From: Chloroflexota bacterium
GTDB lineage: Bacteria > Chloroflexota > Dormibacteria > Dormibacterales > Dormibacteraceae
Reading direction: 5' to 3'
DNA: 64,000 nucleotides
Assembly: GCA_003446775.1 (NCBI GenBank)
Contig: DMCH01000158.1
Coordinates: 21,650-85,649, forward strand
The position numbers and the translations under genes were made by a program. Numbering within the stretch: position 1 is the stretch's first letter; the number at the start of each line of letters is the position of its first letter. The notes below the pieces were generated by a model, which made no database searches, had not been told where the DNA came from, and saw only the letters and a program-made list of their open reading frames with translations. This document shows, one piece after another, positions 51,887-60,283 of the stretch.

Positions 51887-52973
51887 GTTCTGGGAGCCGG
51901 GCAAGGAGTTCCTGCGCATCGAGGAAGAGGTGATGGGCACCATGCGCATGGTGCTCGTTGCCGGCGACCTGATCATGCGGCAGCAGATGCTCGACTTCGA
52001 GCACAACCTCGCCTCGTTCGTAGGCACCGCCGATGCGGTCGGCGTGAGCAACTGCACCGATGGGCTCAGGCTGCTGCTGGAGGCGGTCGGCATCGGCCCT
52101 GGCGACGAAGTCATCACCGTCTCGCACACGTTCATGGCCACGATGGCGGTCATCCACCAGGTCGGCGCGACGCCCGTCCTGGTCGACGTCGGCGACGACC
52201 ACAACATGGACACCGACAAGCTCGAGGCCGCGGTCACGCCGCGAACCAAGGCGATCATCCCGGTCGACCTGAACGGACGGATGGTGCGTATGGACCGCGT
52301 GATGGAGGTCGCGAAGGCCCACAACCTGCTCGTGATCGAGGACAGCGCCCAGGCGCTGGGCGCCTCCTACATGGGCGTGCGCGGAGGCGCGTGGGGTGTC
52401 GCGGGGGCGTTCAGCTTCTACCCCGCCAAGCTGCTGGGCGCCTACGGCGACGCGGGCGCGGTGGTGACGAGCGACGCAGCTCTCGCCGAGAAGGTGCGCG
52501 AGCTCCGCGACCACGGCCGCGTCTCGAAGACCGGTTTCTCCGGCTGGGGCTATAACTGCCGGCTCGACAACCTGCAGGCCGCGATCCTCGACATTAAGCT
52601 GAAGAAGGTGCCCGACTGGATCGGGCAGCGCCGCCGGTTGGCCGCGATCTACGACGAGGAGCTCGCGGATGTCGGCACGGTCAAGAGGCCGCCGGGACCC
52701 GATGGCGGTCCCTTCTTCGACATCTACCAGAACTACGTGATCGAGGCGAAGAATCGCGACGGGCTGCAGGCGCACCTGACCGCGCGCGGCATCGAGACGC
52801 TCATCTCCCCAGGACCGGTTCCCAACCACAAGCAGCCGGTGGGGCTCGACCATTTCCACCTGCCCAGGACGGAAGCGCTGTGCGCGAGCGTGCTGTCGCT
52901 GCCGCTCAACAACGAGCTCGGTGAGGAGCAGGTGCTCGAAGTGGCGGGCGCGATCAAGGATTTTTACTCCTGA
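51876..52973 (+). CDS. DegT/DnrJ/EryC1/StrS-family sugar aminotransferase
   Basis: FEHNLASFVGTADAVGVSNCTDGL, VIEDSAQALGA, and AFSFYPAKLLGAYGDAGAVVT. TTG 51876 overlaps the upstream gene by 11 nt. Confidence 0.8.
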   Translation: MSVRFWEPGKEFLRIEEEVMGTMRMVLVAGDLIMRQQMLDFEHNLASFVGTADAVGVSNCTDGLRLLLEAVGIGPGDEVITVSHTFMATMAVIHQVGATPVLVDVGDDHNMDTDKLEAAVTPRTKAIIPVDLNGRMVRMDRVMEVAKAHNLLVIEDSAQALGASYMGVRGGAWGVAGAFSFYPAKLLGAYGDAGAVVTSDAALAEKVRELRDHGRVSKTGFSGWGYNCRLDNLQAAILDIKLKKVPDWIGQRRRLAAIYDEELADVGTVKRPPGPDGGPFFDIYQNYVIEAKNRDGLQAHLTARGIETLISPGPVPNHKQPVGLDHFHLPRTEALCASVLSLPLNNELGEEQVLEVAGAIKDFYS

Positions 52974-53578
52974 GGCGTTCGCGGGCCGCCAAGCGCGCGT
53001 TCGACATCGCGTTCTCAGCTCTCGGACTGGTCGTCGGGTCGCCGGCGCTGCTCATCATCTGGGCCCGGATCAAGTTGGATCGCGACGGGCCAGTGATCTA
53101 CGCGGGCCGGCGTGTCGGCCTCGGCGGTCGCGAGTTCCGCATGTTCAAGTTTCGAACCCTGGTCCCCAACGCCGACCGCGTGGGCGGCCCGAACACGCCC
53201 GACGACGATCCCCGGCTGACGAAGACCGGGAAATTTCTCCGCAGCTACAAGCTGGACGAGCTGCCGCAACTCTTCAACGTGCTGAAGGGCGAGATGAGCT
53301 TCGTCGGGCCGCGGCCGCAGGTCGTGGGCGAGGTGGCGGGGTACACGGACGAGGAGCGCGATCTGCTGAAGGTGCGCCCCGGGATCACGGACTGGGCCTC
53401 GCTGAAGTTCTCCAACGAGGGCGAGATCCTGAAGGGGCACGACGATCCCGACCGCGCGTACGCGGAGCTGATCCGCCCTGAGAAGATGCGGCTCGGCCTC
53501 GAGTACGTGCACCGTGGGACGTTTCGCGACGACATCGACATCCTCACGAAGACGGCCCTGCTGCCGTTCCGCAAATGA
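52970..53578 (+). CDS. PglC/WbaP-type polyprenyl-phosphate sugar-phosphate transferase (initiating enzyme), probable CTG start
   Basis: KRAFDIAFSALGLVVGSPALLIIWARIKLDRDGPVIYAGRRVGLGGREFRMFKFRTLV...DELPQLFNVLKGEMSFVGPRP. The track lists only 53075..53578 (TTG). The N-terminal helix lies upstream in frame with no ATG/GTG/TTG. CTG 52970 overlaps the upstream stop (CTGA). Confidence 0.65.
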   Translation: MRRSRAAKRAFDIAFSALGLVVGSPALLIIWARIKLDRDGPVIYAGRRVGLGGREFRMFKFRTLVPNADRVGGPNTPDDDPRLTKTGKFLRSYKLDELPQLFNVLKGEMSFVGPRPQVVGEVAGYTDEERDLLKVRPGITDWASLKFSNEGEILKGHDDPDRAYAELIRPEKMRLGLEYVHRGTFRDDIDILTKTALLPFRK

Positions 53579-53584
53579 AAGCTG

Positions 53585-53660
53585 CACCTCCCCACCCGGC
53601 GCGTTGCGCGACCCCTCCCACGCCTGCGGCGCGGGGACCCCAGTGGAAGGTGGGGAGGTG
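53585..53660. repeat. Family-A-like long imperfect hairpin
   Basis: CACCTCCCCA (53585-53594) pairs with TGGGGAGGTG (53651-53660). The 3' arm contains the GGAGG Shine-Dalgarno and the GTG of the next gene. Confidence 0.5.
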
Positions 53661-54437
53661 AATTTGACCGCAACCGATTACACGACCGTCACGGAGACGT
53701 GGGGCCTGCCCGCGTCGCCGGAGCAGCTGGCGATGCAGTACTTCCGCTACCGCATGGCCGCGGGCCTCAGCACGGACCGCGACGTGCTCGAGATCGGTTG
53801 CGGCAGCGGGATGGGCCTGCCCTACCTGGGTGAGAAGGCGCGCATGGTCGTGGGCGGCGATTACACGATGGGCCTGCTCCGGGAAGCACATGCCCGGCTG
53901 CCCAAGGCTCCGCTCGTGCGGATGGACGCGCAGCATCTCCCCTTCCGCGACGCCAGCCTCGACGTGGTCCTTCTGCTGGAGATGATCTACTACGTCGCCG
54001 ACCAGAACGCCGCCCTCGCGGAATGCCGCCGCGTGCTCAAGCCTGGTGGCGCTGTCATGGTGTCCGTCCCCAACCCTGACCGGCCCGACTTCAACCCCAG
54101 CCCGTTCAGCACGCGCTACCCGAACATGGCCGAACTCGCCGCGCTGCTCACCCGCCACGGCTTCGGGGCCAAGGTGTTTGGAGCCTTCCCGGTGGAAGCC
54201 GAGTCCGGGCGCGACCGGTTCCTCGCCCCCATCCGGCATTTCGCCGTGCGCTATCACCTCATCCCGAATTCGATGCGCGCCAAGGCGATAGTCAAGCGCA
54301 TGCTGTACGGACGCCTGCCGGCGCTCGGCGCGGTGCACGACGGCATGGGGAGCTACTCGGAGCCGGTCGAGCTCGACCCTGCGCGCGGTCCGCATCGGGA
54401 CTTCAAGAACCTGTACACGGTCGGTCGTCTAGAGTGA
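53658..54437 (+). CDS. Class I SAM-dependent methyltransferase
   Basis: GTG 53658, or TTG 53664 which lies 6 nt after GGAGG. Motifs: VLEIGCGSGMGLPYL, LPFRDASLDVVLLLEMIYYV, LKPGGAVMVSVPN. Confidence 0.8.
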   Translation: MNLTATDYTTVTETWGLPASPEQLAMQYFRYRMAAGLSTDRDVLEIGCGSGMGLPYLGEKARMVVGGDYTMGLLREAHARLPKAPLVRMDAQHLPFRDASLDVVLLLEMIYYVADQNAALAECRRVLKPGGAVMVSVPNPDRPDFNPSPFSTRYPNMAELAALLTRHGFGAKVFGAFPVEAESGRDRFLAPIRHFAVRYHLIPNSMRAKAIVKRMLYGRLPALGAVHDGMGSYSEPVELDPARGPHRDFKNLYTVGRLE

Positions 54438-54444
54438 CGGCGGA

Positions 54445-55230
54445 ATGACCCCCGAGCCCGAAGCGCGAAAAGTCGAGGAAGCCGAGTTCCACGACAAGCT
54501 GCGCGGCCTGTATGAGACAGACCCCGAACGCTATGCGTACTTCACGTCGAACAAGAAGTTCTATTCGGTCGTCCGCTCGAGCGACGACTTCTATTACAGG
54601 TGGCTCCGTGAAAACGCGACCGGCAAGCGTGTGCTCGACTTCGGATGCGGCAGTGGCGGTTCATCGATCGAAACCGCGAGGTTCGCCGCCCAGGTCACGG
54701 GCATCGACATCTCCCCCGAGGCGGTGCGGCTCGCGCAGGAACACGCCGAAGCCGCGGGCGTATCGGACAAGACGCGCTTCCTGGTGATGGATGCCGAAGC
54801 TCTCGATTTCGAACCGGCCTCGTTCGATGTCGTCAGCGTGCGCGGCGTGCTCCACCACATGGATCTCGATGCCGCTCTGACTCAGATCCACCGAGTCCTG
54901 GCGCCCGGCGGCAAAGCGATTTTCCTCGAGGCGCTGGCGAACAATCCGATCATCCAGGCCTACCGCCGGCGCACGCCGCAGTTGCGCACAGCGTGGGAAA
55001 CCGAGCACATCCTTCATTTCGAAGACGCGGTGAAGATGCGGAAGTATTTTCGGCAGGTCGAGGTTCGCAGCTTTCACCTGGTGGTTCTGGCGGCGGTGCC
55101 GCTGCGACGGACGCCGGTCTTCGAGCCTGTCCGCAACGCGCTCGACGCCATCGACCGGGCGATCCTACGAGTGCCCGGGATTCGCCGCCAGGGCTGGATG
55201 GCCTGCTTCTTGCTCAACGACCCAATTTAG
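54445..55230 (+). CDS. Class I SAM-dependent methyltransferase
   Basis: VLDFGCGSGGSSIETA, GIDISPEAV, FDVVSVRGVLHHMD, and LAPGGKAIFLE. Confidence 0.8.
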   Translation: MTPEPEARKVEEAEFHDKLRGLYETDPERYAYFTSNKKFYSVVRSSDDFYYRWLRENATGKRVLDFGCGSGGSSIETARFAAQVTGIDISPEAVRLAQEHAEAAGVSDKTRFLVMDAEALDFEPASFDVVSVRGVLHHMDLDAALTQIHRVLAPGGKAIFLEALANNPIIQAYRRRTPQLRTAWETEHILHFEDAVKMRKYFRQVEVRSFHLVVLAAVPLRRTPVFEPVRNALDAIDRAILRVPGIRRQGWMACFLLNDPI

Positions 55231-55328
55231 TGGTGAGTCCGGGAAAGCGCTCGCCAATGCATCGGCCCATTTCCGCCGAGCGCCCTACAGGCGCTGACGC
55301 CGGCGTTGCGGGGCGTGTCGCTTCGTAG

Positions 55329-55646
55329 TCACGCATGTACGCCTACTAGCAGCCGCCGGCCAGCTGGCCGCCGAAGTTGCTCATCTTGTACCAGGCGCCC
55401 AGCACATGGAGGGCGATGCCGCTGTAGCCCGCGAGCCACGAGCGGTAGGTCCAGCGGGGTGCGCTTGACCATCAGCGCGCCGCTGAGCGCCGCGCGGATT
55501 ACGAAGAGGATGAGCAGGCCGAGGAGAATGACGCGCGCGATCAGAAGCTTGGGCAGGACGTACTGGTCGAATGTGTCGCACGCGAATCCAAGCGGCACGA
55601 ACAGTCCGGCGCGAAGGAACCATCGCTCGACGCCGGCCAGCCACAC
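55329..55646 (-). pseudogene. Possible 5' remnant of an O-antigen-ligase-like membrane protein gene
   Basis: ERWFLRAGLFVPLGFACDTFDQYVLPKLLIARVILLGLLILFVIRAALSGALMVKRTPLDLPL resembles the first two TM segments of Wzy_C-family proteins. It then degenerates and stops. The N-terminal 24 codons of the track ORF are made of repeat element 55655-55708. Confidence 0.3.
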
Positions 55647-55654
55647 TTCCGGAC

Positions 55655-55708
55655 CTCCCCTCACCGCGCCGCTGCGTGGCGGGGAGCTCCCCGCGGCGGG
55701 GAGCCCAG
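55655..55708 (-). repeat. Family-A element, core copy
   Basis: The reverse complement, CTGGGCTCCCCGCCGCGGGGAGCTCCCCGCCACGCAGCGGCGCGGTGAGGGGAG, parallels 11893-11944 (CTGGGCTCCCCACCATGTGGGGAGCTCCCCCGCGAAGCGGGGGTGAGGGGAG). Lies just 3' of the repeat-protein gene 55757..58180. Confidence 0.65.
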
Positions 55709-55756
55709 ACGCGCTCACGCTGCAGAGTCTATTGGTCTAGATAATCGCGACAGTTG

Positions 55757-58180
55757 TCAGGTCAGTGTGTACGCGGTGCCGGGAAAGTAAGTGTCATAGG
55801 CGGCGGCGCTGCCGGCGTCGCGGACCCAGACCGAATAGAGGTAATTGCCAGCGGGCTTGCCGGCTGTGTTCCAGCTGAATGTGGCGTTCGTAGAGTAGCC
55901 CTGGACCAGTTGCCATGTGCTCGACCCGGGCGCCAAAATCCAGAATTCGTATTGCGGGTTGGGACACCCCGAGGCCCTGGCGCTAAACGCGATCGTCGCG
56001 CCACGTGACTGCGGCGAGGCCGGCGCGGCTGTGGCGATCACCGACGTGCAGGGCGTGTTGAGTGTATAGGCGGTGCCGGGAAAGAAGGTGTCGTAGCCAG
56101 CTGAGCTGACCGCGTCGCGGACCCAGACCGAATAGCGGTAAATGCCTGCGGGCTTGCCGGTAGTGCTCCAGGCGAATGCGGGGCTGCTGGAGTAGGCCTG
56201 TGCGATCGCCCAGCTGCTGGAGCTGGGGTCCAGGATCCAGAACTCGTAGCGCGGGTTCGGACACCCAGAGGCACTGGCGGTGATGGTGACGGCCGTGCCC
56301 ACCGCTTGCGGGGCCGCAGGCGACGCGGAGGCAGTCACCGACGTGCAGGGCGACGTCACAGTGTATGCAGTGCCTGGGAAGTAGGCGTCATAGCCGGCCG
56401 AGCTCGTGGCGTCGCGGACCCAGACCGAGTAGAGGTAAGTGCCGGGCGGTTTGCCGGCGGTGTTCCAGGTGAAGGTCGCGCTCGTCGAGTAGGTCTGCAT
56501 GACCGTCCAACTGCCTCCAGGAGCCAGGATCCAGAACTCATAGAGCGGGTTGGGGCAGCCCGGGGTGCTGGCGGTTAAGGTGACCGTCGTGCCAGGCAGC
56601 TGTGGCGCGGCGGGCACCGCAGAGGCGGTCACGGACACGCACCGCGAGTTCAACGTGTAGGCAGCGCCGGGGAAGAAGGTGTCGTAGCCGGCCGGGCTGC
56701 CGGCGTCGCGCGCCCAGACTGAGTAGCGGTACGTGCCCACGGCCTGGCCGGCGGTGTTCCAGTTAAATGTGGCGCTGCTGGAGTAGGCCTGCGCCACAGT
56801 CCACGTGCTCGAGCCAGGGGCCAAGAGCCAGAACTGGTAGCGAGGATTGGGGCAGCCCGAAGCGCTGGCGGTGAAGGTGACTGTCGTGCTTGTCGCTTGC
56901 GGCGAGGCCGGCGCCGCGGAAGCAGTCACCGAGGAGCAGACCGCGAAGTGGTTCTGCAGCGCAGCCCACAGCTCGGGCGCGCCCCCGCCGTAGTTCAGGT
57001 TCCAGATGCCGACACCGCGTAAGCCGTCGGCGTTGACCAGGTCGTACTTCTTGCCCAGCGACACCGCGTCGTCCCAGTACAGCTGGCGCGTGCACTTGAG
57101 CGTGGTGTTGAACCACGTGTCCCATCGCTCCATACCCGCCGAGTTGGTCTCGCGGTGGATGGCATAGCTTCCTGGTTGGACCTCGTAATACGCGGCCTCG
57201 CCCGAGGCGTCCAGGTACGAGTCCGCAACGACACTCGAGGTCGGGTACTGATTGGGAATGCTCGGGCTGGCGACACATGCCTTGCGGCCGAAGTACGGCA
57301 CCCCCAGGATGACCTTGCTTGCGGGAGCCTTGGCCAAATACTGGGACATCACGCTGGTGTCGTTGTATCGGTAAGCAGTCAGAGGCGAGGTCGGGCCCAG
57401 GCAGAAGCTGCTGCAGTAGAGCGGCGCGCTTCCGTAGTTCGAATACTCCATGTCGTAGGCCATCACGAACATCGAGTCGACGTACGTCGCAAGGCCGGCG
57501 ATGTCGAAGAAGCCGTAGCCGTCGGCCGCAGCCCCGGAGTAGGTATCGATCGAGATGTAAGGGGCCGGCCCGAGGGCGGTCCGCATCTGCTGGGCCATGC
57601 TCGTCATCGCGTGCTGCGCCCAGAACGGATCGGCTGTGCCACAGCTGCCGTCAAGGCCCTCGTAGTCGATGTTGACCCCGTCCACGCCCTTTGCCTTGAC
57701 CTCGGTGACCGTCTGCGCCACCGTGGCGTCGGCGTGCATCAGGCCGGCGCACATGTTGGGGGTGTTGGCGCTGAAGTCCTGCAGGATGATGGTGAGCACC
57801 ACCTTCGCGCCGTGCTGGTGCGCGGTGGAGACGAGGCTCGAAAGCGCAGCGGAATTCCAAACGTTCCAGCCGTTGTCCCCGACGAAATGACCCGCGGTGT
57901 CCACGTGGACGCCGAAGAAGGCGACCGTCGAGAGGAGGTCAAAGTTCCAGCTTGGATATCCGACACTCGGGTCCGAAAGGCTGCTCGCCAGCGCGAAACC
58001 GAATACCTCCCGGCTTGTATGCGCAACCACCGCACCCACCACTGCTGGTGCCGGTGCGCGGGTTGAGCTCGAGGTGGAGGACGTGGCGATACTGGCCACT
58101 GCCGGCATGGCAGCGGCTGCGGTCAGGACGGCGCTCAAGACGAGAGCGACGGCGAAGTGGCGGGTTCGCTGTCGGGACAT
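55757..58180 (-). CDS. Secreted GH18-like glycosidase with four C-terminal two-Cys repeats
   Basis: MSRQRTRHFAVALVLSAVLTAAAAMPAVA is signal-like. The GH18 domain is collinear with the gene at 2096..6139 (REVFGFALASSLSDPSVGYPSWNF, GVDGVNIDYE at 57659-57682). Repeats run 55760-56938. Confidence 0.85.
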   Translation of the reverse strand: MSRQRTRHFAVALVLSAVLTAAAAMPAVASIATSSTSSSTRAPAPAVVGAVVAHTSREVFGFALASSLSDPSVGYPSWNFDLLSTVAFFGVHVDTAGHFVGDNGWNVWNSAALSSLVSTAHQHGAKVVLTIILQDFSANTPNMCAGLMHADATVAQTVTEVKAKGVDGVNIDYEGLDGSCGTADPFWAQHAMTSMAQQMRTALGPAPYISIDTYSGAAADGYGFFDIAGLATYVDSMFVMAYDMEYSNYGSAPLYCSSFCLGPTSPLTAYRYNDTSVMSQYLAKAPASKVILGVPYFGRKACVASPSIPNQYPTSSVVADSYLDASGEAAYYEVQPGSYAIHRETNSAGMERWDTWFNTTLKCTRQLYWDDAVSLGKKYDLVNADGLRGVGIWNLNYGGGAPELWAALQNHFAVCSSVTASAAPASPQATSTTVTFTASASGCPNPRYQFWLLAPGSSTWTVAQAYSSSATFNWNTAGQAVGTYRYSVWARDAGSPAGYDTFFPGAAYTLNSRCVSVTASAVPAAPQLPGTTVTLTASTPGCPNPLYEFWILAPGGSWTVMQTYSTSATFTWNTAGKPPGTYLYSVWVRDATSSAGYDAYFPGTAYTVTSPCTSVTASASPAAPQAVGTAVTITASASGCPNPRYEFWILDPSSSSWAIAQAYSSSPAFAWSTTGKPAGIYRYSVWVRDAVSSAGYDTFFPGTAYTLNTPCTSVIATAAPASPQSRGATIAFSARASGCPNPQYEFWILAPGSSTWQLVQGYSTNATFSWNTAGKPAGNYLYSVWVRDAGSAAAYDTYFPGTAYTLT
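55760..56938 (-). repeat. Coding tandem array, 4 units
   Basis: Units start CSSVTASAAPASPQ, CVSVTASAVPAAPQ, CTSVTASASPAAPQ and CTSVIATAAPASPQ. Confidence 0.9.
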
Positions 58181-58202
58181 GTGCTAGGACGACGCAGCGG
58201 AC

Positions 58203-58231
58203 ACTCTAGGGAGCGCCCCACACCACGTCAA
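58203..58231 (-). promoter_or_regulatory. Putative sigma70-type promoter, TTGACG-17-TAGAGT
   Basis: Minus strand: TTGACG (58231-58226), 17-nt spacer, TAGAGT (58208-58203), 22 nt before ATG 58180. Confidence 0.45.
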
Positions 58232-58277
58232 GCCTGGTTCGCCCCACCGGCCCGCGCCCGCTAAGCGGTCGGGGGCC

Positions 58278-58298
58278 ACCTCCCCGCGTGAGGGGGAG
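58278..58298. terminator. Family-A-type hairpin 3' of the epimerase gene
   Basis: CCTCCCC-GCGTGAG-GGGGAGG, 9 nt downstream (minus sense) of the stop at 58307. No clear U-tract. Confidence 0.4.
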
Positions 58299-58306
58299 GC
58301 CAGAAA

Positions 58307-59290
58307 CTAACTTTCGAAGATTTTCCCGTAGCGGGCGATCACGTCCTCGATTCCCGCTTCGAGGCGAACCGCGGGCTTCCACCCGAGACGCTCCGCGATG
58401 AGTGAGATGTCGGCGATGAAGTCTCCCGTTTCGACGAGGGCCGCATCAGACGGCCACTCGATGTGTTTGACCCGTCCTCGACCCGCCGATCGGATGACGT
58501 GCTCGGCCATCTCCAGGAAGGAAACTCCACGCCCGCTCCCGACGTTGAATATCATGCCCTCAGCTTCCGGAGCCAGTCCTGCCGTCAGCATCGCATCCAC
58601 CGCATCGTCGACATGTATGTAGTCCCTCAGCTGCGCGCCCTTCCCATACACGGTGAGAGGCCGGTCGTGCATGGCTTCGTGGATGAACCAGTTGATGATT
58701 CCGTAGCGGTTTTGATCCGGGCGCTGGAATGGGCCGTACGGATTGGTGATCCGGAGGATGGTTGCCCGCATGCCATGCAGCCGCTGGTAGAGCAGGAGGT
58801 ACTCCTCCGCGGCCCGCTTGTGGATGCCATAGATGGACAGCGGCGCGGTCGGGGCGGCCTCGGTGGCCGGCATCTCGGTGTTCGCCCCGTACACCAGCCG
58901 CGAGCTGGGAAAGACGATCTTGGCGCCGGGATTCAAGGTCCGGCAGCTCTCCAGCAAGGTCAGCATCCCCCGGCTGTTGACGTCAAGGTCCTCCAGCGGC
59001 GAGGCGTTGCTCGCCACCGGACCCGATTTGCCGGCCAGGTGAAAGATCACATCGCGACCGGTTACCGCCTCGTCGACAAGGGCGGAGTCCCTGATATCAC
59101 CCTTGAAGAAGGAGACCCCGCCCAGAATCGACTCCACGCTTCCCGGCCGCGGCGGCCACGACCGGCTCAGCACGCCCAGCTGCGCGCCGGCCGCTTGGAG
59201 CGCTCGGACGAGATTGAAGCCGATGAAGCCGAGTCCGCCCGTGACCAACACGGGCTTTCCTGAGTAGGCGGCCCAGTCGCGTTGAGTCAC
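58307..59290 (-). CDS. NAD-dependent sugar epimerase/dehydratase (extended SDR)
   Basis: KPVLVTGGLGFIGFNL, FPSSRLVYG, and YGIHK (YxxxK). Confidence 0.8.
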   Translation of the reverse strand: MTQRDWAAYSGKPVLVTGGLGFIGFNLVRALQAAGAQLGVLSRSWPPRPGSVESILGGVSFFKGDIRDSALVDEAVTGRDVIFHLAGKSGPVASNASPLEDLDVNSRGMLTLLESCRTLNPGAKIVFPSSRLVYGANTEMPATEAAPTAPLSIYGIHKRAAEEYLLLYQRLHGMRATILRITNPYGPFQRPDQNRYGIINWFIHEAMHDRPLTVYGKGAQLRDYIHVDDAVDAMLTAGLAPEAEGMIFNVGSGRGVSFLEMAEHVIRSAGRGRVKHIEWPSDAALVETGDFIADISLIAERLGWKPAVRLEAGIEDVIARYGKIFES

Positions 59291-59293
59291 GCG

Positions 59294-60283
59294 TCAGCGG
59301 TTTTGTCGCGCGGCGTGTCCCACCGGTGTCCGTTCCGCCTTGGGCTGTGCCGTCTGCGTCATCTCCCGCACCGAGTATGTGGGGTGCTGCATGCTCCGCG
59401 CGTGCATGCGCGCCAAGTACTCACCGATGATGCCCAGTGAGAAGAGCTGCGCGCCGGAGAAGATCGCGATCATCGAGGCCAGGAACGAGAAGCCCGGCAC
59501 AGTGCCACCCTGGATCAGGTAGCGGATGACGACGAAGAACAGCGCCACGATGCCGATCACGGTGAAGAAGAGGCCGATGAGGCTCGCGAGCTGAAGTGGC
59601 CATGTGCTGAAGCCGGTGATCATGTTGAGCGCATGGACCACGAGCTTGCGAAAGGTGTAGTTGGAGGTCCCGAGCGTGCGTGGTGCGTGCTTGACCTCGA
59701 CGGCCGTGAACCGGGTCGTGCCCCAGGTCAGCAGGACGTCGACCGACACATACGGCCCGTCGTAGCCGGCGAAGGCGTCGCGGATCCTCGAGCGGAACAC
59801 CTTGAAAGGACCCGCCTTGCGGGCGATCGGCGCGCCCATCGCCGACTGCAGGGCGATCTTCGTCACCTGGCTGGCGACGTCGCGCCACAGCCCATGCGTT
59901 TCCTTTGCCGGTGTCCCGTAGACGACATCCTGGTCGTCAGTCAGCTTCTCCAGCAGCTTCGGGATCTCCTCTGGAGGATGCTGAAGGTCGTCGTCGATGC
60001 AGACGATCAGCTCGTAGCGGGCGAGGCGGATGCCGCAAAGCAGGGCGTTGTGCTGGCCGTAGTTGCGCATGAGGTGCACACCCCTCACCCAGCCGTGATC
60101 GCGCGCCAGGTCCTCGATCACCCGCCACGTGCCGTCGCGACTGCCATCGTCGACGATGATGAGCTCGTAATCGGTCGCGGCCGCGTCCAGGACCGACTCC
60201 AGCCTGCGGACCAGCTCGGCCAGGGAGAGCTCGCTGTTGTAGGCGGGCACGACCGCCGAGATGCTGGTGCGAGGGGACGTCAC
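59294..60283 (-). CDS. GT2 polyprenyl-phosphate glycosyltransferase (ArnC/GtrB/DPM1-like)
   Basis: ISAVVPAYNSELSL, ELIIVDDGSRDGT, NYGQHNALLCGI, IVCIDDDLQHPPEEIP, and two C-terminal TM helices. Confidence 0.8.
   Translation of the reverse strand: MTSPRTSISAVVPAYNSELSLAELVRRLESVLDAAATDYELIIVDDGSRDGTWRVIEDLARDHGWVRGVHLMRNYGQHNALLCGIRLARYELIVCIDDDLQHPPEEIPKLLEKLTDDQDVVYGTPAKETHGLWRDVASQVTKIALQSAMGAPIARKAGPFKVFRSRIRDAFAGYDGPYVSVDVLLTWGTTRFTAVEVKHAPRTLGTSNYTFRKLVVHALNMITGFSTWPLQLASLIGLFFTVIGIVALFFVVIRYLIQGGTVPGFSFLASMIAIFSGAQLFSLGIIGEYLARMHARSMQHPTYSVREMTQTAQPKAERTPVGHAARQNR

Noticed and set aside
52921-53481. A 186-aa ORF overlapping the sugar-phosphate transferase in another frame.
   Set aside because: It is an Arg-rich nonsense-like translation. 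The overlapping frame carries the unmistakable KFRTL...PRP transferase motifs.
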